64,000 bases of DNA. It comes from Alphaproteobacteria bacterium (GTDB taxonomy: Bacteria; Pseudomonadota; Alphaproteobacteria; Micropepsales; Micropepsaceae). This document shows positions 17,087 through 25,758 of this stretch, piece by piece. Each line of letters opens with the position of its first letter. Position 1 is the first letter of the stretch. Location of the stretch: positions 1,651 to 65,650 of the forward strand of contig JACCXK010000142.1 of assembly GCA_013697055.1 (NCBI GenBank). The letters are read 5' to 3'. The notes under the pieces were generated by a model, which saw only the letters and a list, made by a program, of their open reading frames with translations, ran no database searches and was not told where the DNA came from. Both the position numbers and the translations under genes were made by a program.

Positions 17087-18796
17087 TTGCGTGGGCCAGT
17101 GAGTCGGGCCAATATCGCGGGTATGGCCGGCACAGAACCGGCGATAAATGCATTGGGAGAACTCGTGCGCAGATTGCCCATACTGGCTATTGCCGTCTTC
17201 CTGATCTGCGGTAACACCGGCGTTGCGGTCCGGGCGGCTGGCATTAACCAGGTTGTGGGCCTGCGCCGCCTTACTGAGCAGGAATACCGTAACTCCATCG
17301 CGGACATCTTCGGCAAGGAGATAAACGTTTCGGGTATGTTCGAACCGCAGGTCCGCATGGGCGGGCTAGAAGCCACCAGCTCTGCCATTCTTTCGGTGAC
17401 GCCGGCCGGCTTCGAGTCCTTTTCCAAGATGGCAGACAGCATTGCGGTGCAAGTGACGGACGAGAAGCACCGCGGCAAGGCGGTGTCCTGCAAACCCATC
17501 GACGCCAAGGCACCGGACGATGCCTGCGCTCATGAATTTCTCAGCCATTATGGCTTGCTGCTATTCCGCCGGCCGCTTACCGAGAGCGAGTTGAAGGCCC
17601 GAGTGACCCTGGCCCGGACTATGACAAAGTCCACCGGCGCCTTTTATAACGGGTTACATTTTGGCTTGGCCCAATTAATCCAGTCGCCGAACTTCCTATT
17701 CCGTAAGGAACTGGCGTTGAAAGAGGGCGACGGCCTCACACTGGAACCTTATAGCCGTGCCACGCGTCTCAGTTATTTGTTGTGGGATTCCACGCCGGAT
17801 GCCGAGCTTTTGGAATCCGCCAAAAACGGCGAGCTGAACACGCCAGCGGGCTTGGAAAAGCAGGTTAACCGCCTGCTGGCAGCGCCCCGGTTGGAAGCGG
17901 GCATGCGCGCGTTCTTCAACGACATGCTGATGCTGGACACGTTCGACACCGTTTCTAAGGATGCGCTGCTCTACCCCAAGTGGGGGGGGGCAATGGCGCC
18001 GTCTGCCAAGGAAGAAACGTTGCGCAGCGTGATCGGTTTGACGCTGAAAGACAACGGCGACCTGCGGGACCTGATGACCACGCGTAAGACCTACATCAAC
18101 CGCAGCCTAGCGGCGATTTACGACGTAGATTTTACCTTCGACGGCGACTGGGTGCCATATGAATTTCCCAAAAGCTCCGGGCGCAGCGGCATCAATACCC
18201 AAGTGGCCATGCTGTCGATGTTTTCCCATCCCGGTCAGAGCTCACCCACCAAGCGCGGCGTGGCGCTGATGGACATCTTCCTATGCGAGCCGACCCCCGC
18301 GCCCCCGGCCAATGTGGACTTTTCCGCAGTCAACAACACCGCCGGGCCGATGAAGACTGTGCGGGAACGATTAATGGCCCATGCCACGACGCCGACTTGC
18401 GCCTCATGCCATACCCACAGCGACCCTATCGGCCTGTCGCTGGAAGGCTTCGACACCATCGGCGGCCGGCGCCTGTATGAGAATGGGCAGCTGATTGATG
18501 TGACGGCGTCGCTGCGCGGCAAAACGTTCGCGGATGGCGTGGGCTTGGGCCAGTATCTGCACGATAATGCCAAATTCCCCGCCTGTGTGGCGCGTAAGCT
18601 CTACGCCTATGGCCGCGGCATGGATGTCGAAGAGGTCAAGCCGGATCAATTCAGGGTCGCGTACAAAAGCTTTATCGACTCCGGTTTTCGTCTGCGTGCA
18701 CTGATCAGGGGCATAGGAATAAGCCCCGAATTTTATGCTGCGCCCGCGCCAGTCGAGGAAGCCTCCGTTGGTCTAACCAAGCATGCATCGAATTAA
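17087..18796 (+). CDS. DUF1592/DUF1588/DUF1585-type protein (PSD/PSCyt module set) with one CxxCH haem motif (569 aa)
   Basis: RRLTEQEYRNSIADIFG, LWDSTPDAELL, FFNDMLMLD and HPGQSSPTKRGVALMDIFLCEPTPAPP are present. TPTCASCHTHSDPIGLSLEGFDTIGGRR carries a CASCH motif. The family is recalled from memory, not searched. Confidence 0.8.
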   Translation: MRGPVSRANIAGMAGTEPAINALGELVRRLPILAIAVFLICGNTGVAVRAAGINQVVGLRRLTEQEYRNSIADIFGKEINVSGMFEPQVRMGGLEATSSAILSVTPAGFESFSKMADSIAVQVTDEKHRGKAVSCKPIDAKAPDDACAHEFLSHYGLLLFRRPLTESELKARVTLARTMTKSTGAFYNGLHFGLAQLIQSPNFLFRKELALKEGDGLTLEPYSRATRLSYLLWDSTPDAELLESAKNGELNTPAGLEKQVNRLLAAPRLEAGMRAFFNDMLMLDTFDTVSKDALLYPKWGGAMAPSAKEETLRSVIGLTLKDNGDLRDLMTTRKTYINRSLAAIYDVDFTFDGDWVPYEFPKSSGRSGINTQVAMLSMFSHPGQSSPTKRGVALMDIFLCEPTPAPPANVDFSAVNNTAGPMKTVRERLMAHATTPTCASCHTHSDPIGLSLEGFDTIGGRRLYENGQLIDVTASLRGKTFADGVGLGQYLHDNAKFPACVARKLYAYGRGMDVEEVKPDQFRVAYKSFIDSGFRLRALIRGIGISPEFYAAPAPVEEASVGLTKHASN

Positions 18797-18811
18797 AGTC
18801 AGGAACCACAC

Positions 18812-20146
18812 ATGAAGCTCCAGCGCAGAACTATTCTACGCGGCCTGTTCCAAGGGTCCACAGCTGTGATGGCTGTGCCCTTCCTAGACTGTTTCCTGAC
18901 CAGCAACGGCCAGGCCTTGGCAGCGACGGGGCAGCGCATTCCAACGCGCTTCAGCACATTCTTCTACGGTCTTGGACTAACGACGTCGCTGTGGGTACCC
19001 GAAAAGGCGGGCCTGGATTACGAGACTACAAGTCAGCTCAAGCCACTAGAGCCGTACAAGAAGAAAATGAACGTTTTCTCGGGCATGCGTGTGATGGTGG
19101 ACGACAATCCCAACTTTCAGCACTGGTCAGGCAATGCCGCCATCGTGACTGGCATCGCGCCCACCAAAGCCTCGCAGTTCGATTCCAAAACCATCGACCA
19201 GACCATCGCGGACGTGATTGGCCGCGGCACCCGCTACAAGTCAGTCGCCGCCGCCGCATCCGGCGACCCTAAGCACAGCTATTCCAGCTTAGGCGGCGCC
19301 AACACTCTTCCGGCCGAGCCGACGCCCTTGTCGCTTTATACCCGGCTGTTCGGGCCCGGCTTTCAGGATCCGTCCAGTGGGAACTGGAAGCCCGATCCGC
19401 AGGTGATGCTGCAGCAGAGCGTGCTGTCCGCCGTCTCCGAGGAACGCAAGGATTTTATGCAGAACTTGGGCTCCGGCGACAAAACCCGCATGGACCAGTA
19501 TTTCACTTCGGTGCGTGAAGCTGAGGGGCAGATGGCAGCCGAGTTGAAGCGCCCGGAAGTCGTCGCCAAGGTGGCGATCCCCCCCACTCCCGGCGAAATG
19601 CCAGTGAACTATGCGCTGCCAAACGTACGCATCGTCACGCCACTGATGGCCAAGCTTGGCGCACTGGCGATGGCGACTGACCAGACCCGCGTCTTCAACC
19701 TTGCGATTTCCGAACCGGGCTCGAATATCTTCGTGCCCGGCGATCCGTTGGGCTATCACGTGACGACCCACATGGAAGCGATTGACCCGGTGCTGGGCTA
19801 CCAACCGCACGTCGCCAAGTACAACATCTACAGTATGGAGCTACTTGCCAGCGTGCTGCATGAAATGGATGCCATCCCGGAAGGCGATGGCACGCTGCTC
19901 GATCACAGCCTTGTGATGGCTTACAGCGATCAGTCCTACGCCAAGATCCACGCCGTGGACGGCATCCCGATCATGCTGGCGGGCAATGCCAGTGGCCGAA
20001 TGAAGACGGGCTATCACATCGCCGGCGGCGGCAATCCGGTGTCCCGCGTGGGATTGACGGTGCAAAAAGCGCTGGGCATATCCATCGACGGCTGGGGCAA
20101 GGGCTCAATGGAAACCAAAAGCGCTTACACGGAACTGCTTGCCTAA
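18812..20146 (+). CDS. DUF1552-family protein with a Tat-like signal (444 aa)
   Basis: MKLQRRTILRGLFQGSTAVMAVPFLDCFL is the characteristic DUF1552 N-terminus. The gene starts 15 nt after the DUF1592-type gene, and AGGAACC precedes the ATG. Confidence 0.8.
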   Translation: MKLQRRTILRGLFQGSTAVMAVPFLDCFLTSNGQALAATGQRIPTRFSTFFYGLGLTTSLWVPEKAGLDYETTSQLKPLEPYKKKMNVFSGMRVMVDDNPNFQHWSGNAAIVTGIAPTKASQFDSKTIDQTIADVIGRGTRYKSVAAAASGDPKHSYSSLGGANTLPAEPTPLSLYTRLFGPGFQDPSSGNWKPDPQVMLQQSVLSAVSEERKDFMQNLGSGDKTRMDQYFTSVREAEGQMAAELKRPEVVAKVAIPPTPGEMPVNYALPNVRIVTPLMAKLGALAMATDQTRVFNLAISEPGSNIFVPGDPLGYHVTTHMEAIDPVLGYQPHVAKYNIYSMELLASVLHEMDAIPEGDGTLLDHSLVMAYSDQSYAKIHAVDGIPIMLAGNASGRMKTGYHIAGGGNPVSRVGLTVQKALGISIDGWGKGSMETKSAYTELLA

Positions 20147-20165
20147 CCCCCTCACGGAAGCAGCT

Positions 20166-21650
20166 ATGATCTTGCAGAAATACTTCCTCAGGTCGGCGCT
20201 CGCAGCAGCGGTGGTCGCCGTCCTTTCGCCGCAACTGGCATTGGCCGCGCCTTGGACGCGCGGATTTGTTGTTCGTGAGTATGGTTTTGCCTTCCGGTAT
20301 GGCGGGCGCGCCGGCATTGCCGAAACCGCACCCGCCGCTGATTGCGCGCGGGGCAGTTCAGTTCATTTCAACGACGAAGGCGAAATGCGCAAGGCACTAG
20401 AACGTCAGCCGTGGCGCACCAAGGAAGAGATCGACTACATCGTCGCGCCGCCGGGAATCGAACAGGCCCGGTTGCCGACCTATGTCCGCTTCTACGTCTG
20501 GGGCCGCGCAGTGTCCTATCGCGGTTGGCGAAAGGGAATCGAGACGTACATCAACCCTTTCGCAGCTCAAGATCCCGGGCAGCCGCAGGTTGTGAGCAGG
20601 ATCTCCGATGGGCTAGACCTGGACGGCAACAGCAAGACGGGCGGCTTCATCAACCCCGACGGTGAGCGCGGTATTGATAATGCGCTTTACCGCGCCTGGG
20701 GCTGTGATGCGCCGTTCCGCAACCCCGCGACGGGCACGCTTGATTTGCGCGAGAACACTCAGATGCAAGAAGGCCTTTACACGGTTGTTATTCGCATCAG
20801 CGGCACCGAGAATCCGATGAACGACGACGACGCGGTGGTTGAAATCGGGTATTCGCCCGACAAAATCGTGCGCGACGCACGCGCCAATGTCGCGGCGGAT
20901 TATTCCTATCGCATCGTTAAAGGTGAGCAGTACACAAAGCTGAAGGCCAAGATAGTCGACGGCTCGGTGGAAACCGAGCAGGTGGACCGGCTGCACGCGC
21001 CTCGCATCGGTTGGTTCCCGGACCAGATGGGCGATGCCGACTTTCACAAGGGCAGGCTGCGCTTGAAGATTGATGCGGACGGTCGCGCTGCCTCTGGGTT
21101 CGTTGGTGGTTATCGCAACTGGCTTGACCTCCTGGCAGAAAACACGTTCGCCCAGACAGGCGCGGAGCAGGGCATTCGCGATCATGAGGATGCCGTAGGC
21201 TTATACTACGCACTCAAGCGCAATGCCGATGGGATTCCGGATCCCCGGACGGGCAAGTACACCGGCATTTCCATGGCTTACCGCATCAAGGCGGTGCCGG
21301 CCCACGTCGTGGACCCCCCGAGGCCCGCGGTGGTGCGCCGGACCGAGGCCGACAACCGCCGCACGCGCGGTTTTGAAATGGTGAAGGCTACCATGTTAAA
21401 AGCGGTCTCGACCCGCATCGTGCAGGCCGTCCCGCTGGGGACCGGTGAAGGTCAGTTCCCCGCCATGGAACGGACCATTCACGACCTTCCCAGCAAGGAT
21501 TTCTTCCTGAAAAATCTCGACGCTCCCGGCAAGCTGGACGAGAAGGGCAATGTTATCATGCCTGCGCCCAGGCTCGAGCCAGAAAAGCAGGTCAAGAATA
21601 CCGGCGCCGCCACCGCGGTGGCCCGCGCGGACGACGACGACATCCAGTAA
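20166..21650 (+). CDS. Periplasmic hypothetical protein (494 aa), third gene of the DUF1592/DUF1552 operon
   Basis: Signal peptide MILQKYFLRSALAAAVVAVLSPQLALAAPW from the ATG at 20166, preceded by GGAAG. I recognise no family. A 45-aa paralogous fragment lies at 37489..37623. Confidence 0.65.
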   Translation: MILQKYFLRSALAAAVVAVLSPQLALAAPWTRGFVVREYGFAFRYGGRAGIAETAPAADCARGSSVHFNDEGEMRKALERQPWRTKEEIDYIVAPPGIEQARLPTYVRFYVWGRAVSYRGWRKGIETYINPFAAQDPGQPQVVSRISDGLDLDGNSKTGGFINPDGERGIDNALYRAWGCDAPFRNPATGTLDLRENTQMQEGLYTVVIRISGTENPMNDDDAVVEIGYSPDKIVRDARANVAADYSYRIVKGEQYTKLKAKIVDGSVETEQVDRLHAPRIGWFPDQMGDADFHKGRLRLKIDADGRAASGFVGGYRNWLDLLAENTFAQTGAEQGIRDHEDAVGLYYALKRNADGIPDPRTGKYTGISMAYRIKAVPAHVVDPPRPAVVRRTEADNRRTRGFEMVKATMLKAVSTRIVQAVPLGTGEGQFPAMERTIHDLPSKDFFLKNLDAPGKLDEKGNVIMPAPRLEPEKQVKNTGAATAVARADDDDIQ

Positions 21651-21880
21651 GAGCCAGAGGCTTGGATTTGTCGTACTGAGCGCGCCCCCAATGGTGTGCG
21701 CCTCATAAGTTGCCGCCCGGCTAAACTGCGGGAGGCGCAGGGCGGGTGAAGGGGGACACGTAATTATTCCGTCGAGCATGTACATTCGACGGATTATCCG
21801 CGGTCCCACGAGGAATCAGGGTGCGCACTCGCGCGATGCGCATTGAAGACACAAGTCAGACTGCGCAGAACTGGTACGCT

Positions 21881-21958
21881 GAATGTCCGCTTTTGGCGCA
21901 AAGCGGACATTGGCCTGGCCGGGGCTGAATGGCCGCTTTTGAGCCAAAGCGGACTTTG
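21881..21958. repeat. Bipartite palindromic REP/MITE-like element, copy B
   Basis: gaatgtccgcttttggcgcaaagcggacattgg, then cctggccggggct, then gaatggccgcttttgagccaaagcggactttg. Confidence 0.85.
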
Positions 21959-21970
21959 CCGCGCGCCACA

Positions 21971-22440
21971 TTAGCCCTTCGACCAAGAGTGCCATTCGTT
22001 GGCCACCAGTGCCAAGGTCAGGGTATCGAATAGCGCCAGCCCCAAAACCCAGATTGACCATTGCTTGGACAAATCAAAGCCAAAAAAGGCGATGAAGCCC
22101 AACAGGATTGCAATCGCGACCGGAAATATCCAACGGCCTTTGCCGCGCAGCAGTACTGCAGTGATCGTCATCTTGAGCGTGCCGTGTACAAAAAGATAGA
22201 AGATCACGAAATTACCCTGCGTATGGGCCAGCGCCGCGGCACCGTGCTGCGCAAGTTGGGCAGTGTGGATCCCCTTTGATAAAGCTGTGGGTCGATAACT
22301 CGCAGGACGAGGCCGTGCAACTGCTGTGGCCCAAAGATGGCGATCATCGCCCCGCCGCAGAATTCCAGCAACCCAAACAGGCCCTTAATTATGATGGTGA
22401 TGAGATAGGCGGTATGAAACAGCGTACTGCGAGCGACCAT
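21971..22440 (-). pseudogene. DUF2127-like membrane protein split by a frameshift
   Basis: Two abutting 78-aa ORFs (22204..22440 and 21971..22207). The downstream frame stays open upstream of its GTG (…YRPTALSKGIHTAQLAQHGAAALAHTQGNFVIFYLFVHG…). The two halves together resemble a single four-TM DUF2127-type protein. The frame switch is near the caaagggga run at about 22255-22270. Confidence 0.45.
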
Positions 22441-22725
22441 GCCGCCTATACATCATGACGACTTGCCGGTGGCTAGAGCCCCACCGAATTGGTGGCCACC
22501 GGGTTCGGAGGCTTAGCGGGTAAATGACCATGGTTGGTCTTGGGCGATAGTGGTAGTACTGCGCGTTCACAGAGGTCGGCCACGTCATTGGGACATAAAC
22601 AGCTTCCAAAGGCCTCCGAGCCATAGCTGCCTTGCTATAAATCTTGGCTTCGGTGCGCTGCGGTGCTCGATATAGCCGCTAGGAGGAATTGGTCGACATG
22701 TCCCGAACCTTTCATCGAGCCGCCA

Positions 22726-22908
22726 ATGGCCAATAAAGCAGAGCGAAACCGGGAGATGCTTGCCGCTTATGAAGCGGGGCGAACCATCGAGCAGTTGAGC
22801 AAAGATTATGGACTGTCGGTGGCATCCATCGGTTCTGTTTTGACAGGTGAGAGGCACCGGCGGGAAGTCAGCCCGGATCCCTTTTACCGCGCCCTGCGGC
22901 AATCTTAG
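22726..22908 (+). CDS. Small HTH protein (60 aa), paralog of 36285..36506
   Basis: MANKAERNREMLAAYEAGRTIEQLSKDYGLSVASIGSVLTGERHRREVSPDPFYRALRQS. It shares ERNR-x7-G-x-T-x2-QL-x3-YGL...ERH-x2-EVS-x-D-x-FY-x2-LR with the ORF at 36285..36506. Confidence 0.5.
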   Translation: MANKAERNREMLAAYEAGRTIEQLSKDYGLSVASIGSVLTGERHRREVSPDPFYRALRQS

Positions 22909-22987
22909 ACAGCTTTCCCTGAGAACATAGTAGCCCGCTAAATCTTGGCCGCGGTCTTGCGACGGCATGCAAAAAACGAAAATTGGC

Positions 22988-23013
22988 GCAACGATTTTGC
23001 TACCTCGGGCGTT
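22988..23013 (+). promoter_or_regulatory. Near-consensus EcfG-like motif
   Basis: GCAAC-N17-CGTT has one mismatch in the -35 element and ends 20 nt upstream of the ATG at 23033. Confidence 0.3.
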
Positions 23014-23032
23014 CAGGCCTTGGAGGGACTTA

Positions 23033-23302
23033 ATGGAGCTTAAAATGAGAAAGATTCTCCTCACAGCCGCGTTGCTGGCCAGTGCCGCCGGGGTGTTCGC
23101 GTCACCGGCATCAGCCTATGTTGTGTGCGACCGCGATGGTGATAGGTGTTGGCATACGGAAGCCCGATATCATTATCCGCAAGGCCGATATGCTTGGCAT
23201 CCCGACGACTGGTACTTTCACAGGCACTGGGACGCCGACCATTGGCGCGATTATCACGAGGGTCGAGGGTATTGGCGCAATGGCGTCTGGATTACCTTCT
23301 AG
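23033..23302 (+). CDS. Small secreted His/Trp/Arg/Asp/Tyr-rich protein
   Basis: MELKMRKILLTAALLASAAGVFASPASA is a signal peptide. The mature part is YVVCDRDGDRCWHTEARYHYPQGRYAWHPDDWYFHRHWDADHWRDYHEGRGYWRNGVWITF. GGAGGGA lies 5 nt upstream of the ATG at 23033. Confidence 0.6.
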   Translation: MELKMRKILLTAALLASAAGVFASPASAYVVCDRDGDRCWHTEARYHYPQGRYAWHPDDWYFHRHWDADHWRDYHEGRGYWRNGVWITF

Positions 23303-23345
23303 CCTCTTCATTTGACAATATCACTCGCGCGCTTCGCGCGCCGAA

Positions 23346-23380
23346 AGCCCGGGAGCCGAAAGGCCCCGGGCTTTTGTGTT
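23346..23380 (+). terminator. Rho-independent terminator
   Basis: Stem agcccggg / cccgggct with an 11-nt loop, followed by ttttgtgtt. Confidence 0.6.
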
Positions 23381-23579
23381 TCGGCACGAGAATTTTTTCG
23401 CTTGTTTAAGCGTGGCATTGAATTTCCGTATTGGCTCGGCAGAGCGCGTGGCTGGTCAAAAGGGGGGCGTTCGCTTGGTCGTTGCCACCATCCCGCCCCA
23501 ATCCGTTCAGATGCCATTCAGTTGGGTAGGACCACGCTGTAGTTACGGTCCAATAGCGGACCGGGACGTGGAGCACAGC

Positions 23580-23852
23580 ATGCGTAAAGTTCTCATAATT
23601 GGCGCGGCGCTCGCCGCGATTTCCATGGCAGCGATAGGGTCCGCGGCGGCCCAGCCTTACGGTGGATATGGATACGGTGGTTACTATGACGGCTGGCGAG
23701 GCCGAGATCATGGTTGGGATTACCGTGACCGCTGGGCGGAACGCGAGCGTTGGGAACGCCATCGCCGCTGGGAAGAACGGCGTCGATGGGAAGACCAGTA
23801 TCGGTGGAACGACCGCGGTTACGGTGGCACAAGTCTGTATTTTGGATTCTAA
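23580..23852 (+). CDS. Small secreted Trp/Arg/Glu hexad-repeat protein (90 aa)
   Basis: MRKVLIIGAALAAISMAAIGSAAAQ is a signal peptide. The mature part is PYGGYGYGGYYDGWRGRDHGWDYRDRWAERERWERHRRWEERRRWEDQYRWNDRGYGGTSLYFGF. Confidence 0.6.
   Translation: MRKVLIIGAALAAISMAAIGSAAAQPYGGYGYGGYYDGWRGRDHGWDYRDRWAERERWERHRRWEERRRWEDQYRWNDRGYGGTSLYFGF
23727..23813 (+). repeat. 18-nt periodic coding repeat (Trp codon every 6 codons, 5 periods)
   Basis: TGG codons start at 23733, 23751, 23769, 23787 and 23805. The units encode (D/E)RW(A/E)ER, ERWERH, RRWEER, RRWEDQ and YRWNDR. Confidence 0.8.
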
Positions 23853-23942
23853 CCGCTGCTTTGGTAAATGCCCTGCCGGTGAAAACCGGCAGCGCATTTA
23901 CACAGGCTGCTTACGGCGCCACAGGTTTCATAAACCCTAGAT

Positions 23943-24398
23943 ATGTTTGGGCCAACGATGGAGACACAAACGGTGCGTACAGTTGCCACTCTTTCCCTCA
24001 TTATCCTTTCGTTGCAGTCCGTAGCGGCGGAAGATTACGCTGCCCTTCCTAAGGGCCAGGGACGTGACGTGATGGTACTGGTATGCGCTCAGTGCCATTC
24101 CCCGGAACTGGCTGCCCAGCAAAACTTGGACCCGGAAGGTTGGAAGGCACTGGTTGACCAGATGGCAAACAACGGCGCTCAGGCGTCGGAAGCGGAGTTC
24201 GGGACCATCACGAAATACTTGGCCACGAGCTTTCCCGCAAATCGAACAGGGCGGTCAGCGCTACCATCTCAAGGAGAGCCGCGCCCTCGCGCAGGATCAG
24301 AACCGTCGGGAAAACGTCTCTCCAACGCCCTACTACCCGCCCCTAGCAAGATTATATCGAAACGCCCTGCCCACTCCGGGCGCGCATCGCACTCCTAA
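23943..24398 (+). CDS. Small periplasmic c-type cytochrome (single CxxCH); the 3' end is uncertain
   Basis: The signal-like segment VATLSLIILSLQSVAAED is followed by GRDVMVLVCAQCHSPELAAQQNLDPEGWKALVDQMANNGAQASEAEFGTITKYL. The last ~55 aa are a Pro/Ser/Arg-rich tail that may not be native. Confidence 0.5.
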   Translation: MFGPTMETQTVRTVATLSLIILSLQSVAAEDYAALPKGQGRDVMVLVCAQCHSPELAAQQNLDPEGWKALVDQMANNGAQASEAEFGTITKYLATSFPANRTGRSALPSQGEPRPRAGSEPSGKRLSNALLPAPSKIISKRPAHSGRASHS

Positions 24399-24507
24399 AG
24401 CGCCATCCCTCTCCGCCAAGCCCCACGGCTGTTTGAGACAACTGGCCCGTACTGTTTACTACCTGGAATGATGTGGGAACCTATCCGGAAACGCACATCA
24501 TCCTTGT

Positions 24508-24532
24508 GGAACTTCGCCGAAGCCAATGCGTT
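24508..24532 (+). promoter_or_regulatory. Exact EcfG-type promoter motif GGAAC-N16-CGTT
   Basis: GGAAC at 24508-24512 and CGTT at 24529-24532. There are 27 nt between the motif and the ATG at 24560, the same geometry as at 34928..34952. Confidence 0.6.
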
Positions 24533-24559
24533 TTACCGCTGTCAACTTGGAGATTTCCC

Positions 24560-25192
24560 ATGAAGATGCGTCGTACTTCGGCAATTGCGTGCCTATTCGG
24601 CCTTTTGAGTGCAACTGCAGCATACGCAGACGATTGCAGCGGGCGTGACCACACAACCGGGACCGTGTTGGGAGCGGCAGGCGGAGCCGCCATCGGCGGG
24701 GTAGCTACCAACAACGCAGGTGGGGCGGTTGCAGGTGCCGTGATCGGCGGGTTGGCGGGCAACGCGATATCTCGATCACAAGATTGCCAAAGGGGCGATT
24801 ACGGAAGAGGAAGCAACGAAGGCTATGACCGCCGTGGTTATAACGGTCCTACCGTCAGTTATTATGGCCCGGGTTATGATGTAGCACCCGACGAAAACGA
24901 CTATTGGGGCGTCGAATCCCACGAGGACTTTAGCGCTGACTATCGGCATATTTGGGAATCCATTAATCGCGCTCGGGAGCGTGGTTCGCTCACCTCTTCC
25001 GAAGCCCGTCGTTTTTCGCAGCGGCTCCAACAGATTCGGTACCGCGCGGATGCGCAGGAGCGACGCGGAAGGTTTGATGCGCAGGACATCGAGTATCAAT
25101 TGGGTCAGTTGCGCGAGGACATGCGTGCTGCACGGCGTGAAAATCGCGACAATCGTGACGGGGGATATTCGGGAAATTACGACCGGCGTTAG
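24560..25192 (+). CDS. Secreted glycine-zipper (17-kDa-antigen-like) protein with a charged C-terminal region (210 aa)
   Basis: MKMRRTSAIACLFGLLSATAAYA is a signal peptide. GTVLGAAGGAAIGGVATNNAGGAVAGAVIGGLAGNAI is a glycine zipper. The tail is Arg/Asp/Glu-rich. GGAGA precedes the ATG. Confidence 0.7.
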   Translation: MKMRRTSAIACLFGLLSATAAYADDCSGRDHTTGTVLGAAGGAAIGGVATNNAGGAVAGAVIGGLAGNAISRSQDCQRGDYGRGSNEGYDRRGYNGPTVSYYGPGYDVAPDENDYWGVESHEDFSADYRHIWESINRARERGSLTSSEARRFSQRLQQIRYRADAQERRGRFDAQDIEYQLGQLREDMRAARRENRDNRDGGYSGNYDRR

Positions 25193-25223
25193 GTTTAGCG
25201 CAGCCTATTCTGATTGAGTAACT

Positions 25224-25260
25224 GAAGCCCGGTGATGAAGTCACCGGGCTTCACTTCGTT
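25224..25260 (+). terminator. Hairpin terminator after the glycine-zipper gene
   Basis: Stem gaagcccggtga / tcaccgggcttc (12 bp) with loop tgaag, followed by acttcgtttc (a weak T tract). Confidence 0.5.
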
Positions 25261-25347
25261 TCGCCACTTGGCGGCACGACTAGATAACAGGAAGTAGCTC
25301 GCTTAGAACTTCGCCGGCCTATAACGCGCTGGTAGTTAGCTCCTCTT

Positions 25348-25423
25348 CAATGTCCGCTTTTGGCGCAAAGCGGACATTGAACCGACCAGGACTGAATGAC
25401 CGCTTTTAACCCAACGCGGACAT
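25348..25423. repeat. Bipartite palindromic REP/MITE-like element, copy C
   Basis: caatgtccgcttttggcgcaaagcggacattg, then aaccgaccaggact, then gaatgaccgcttttaacccaacgcggacattt. Confidence 0.85.
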
Positions 25424-25758
25424 TTCCAGCCGTTGCTTACGCTGCGAACCGGCTGCTCCGTCATCCCGGAACCGGAATGTGTCACAATACCCTGCCTAGA
25501 GAGATACGCTTGAAAACGACATTCGATCCGTCACAAGACACCACGTCGGCACACTCAGCAATGCCAGTGCGGAACGCGCCAGCAGCGATGCGCGGGACAA
25601 AAATAGTGTGCTACACCTTGGGGGCCGTTAGTCTTCCGCCAACAGATTGCTTTTGGTGAGCCCACGCCTGAATGGCATGATCGATTGCATGGAGATAAAT
25701 CGTCGTTCCCACTAAAAACCGCTCTGGCCCTGCAATCCTGACACTGTCTTTTCTATTT

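Noticed and set aside
21816-22061. Small ORFs translating to …SALAQKRPFSPGQANVRFAPKADIQ… (also 1790..2044, 31527..31721, 31561..31779 and 32351..32728)
   Set aside because: They are translations of the REP/MITE-like hairpins in either orientation. Their 'conservation' reflects the DNA repeat, not a protein.
22681-22736. Strong AGGAGG at 22681 followed by a 12-codon uORF (ATG 22698, MSRTFHRAANGQ*) overlapping the HTH gene start, as a possible leader peptide or attenuator
   Set aside because: There is no accompanying alternative hairpins or terminator structure, and no conservation evidence is available. It may simply be chance or a remnant.
23871-23892. The hairpins ctgccggt-gaaa-accggcag (after 23852) and gggcgcccca…tggggcgccc (37992-38025, after 37933) as terminators
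   Set aside because: The stems are plausible, but neither is followed by a T tract. I left them out of the feature list because an intrinsic-terminator call would be speculative.
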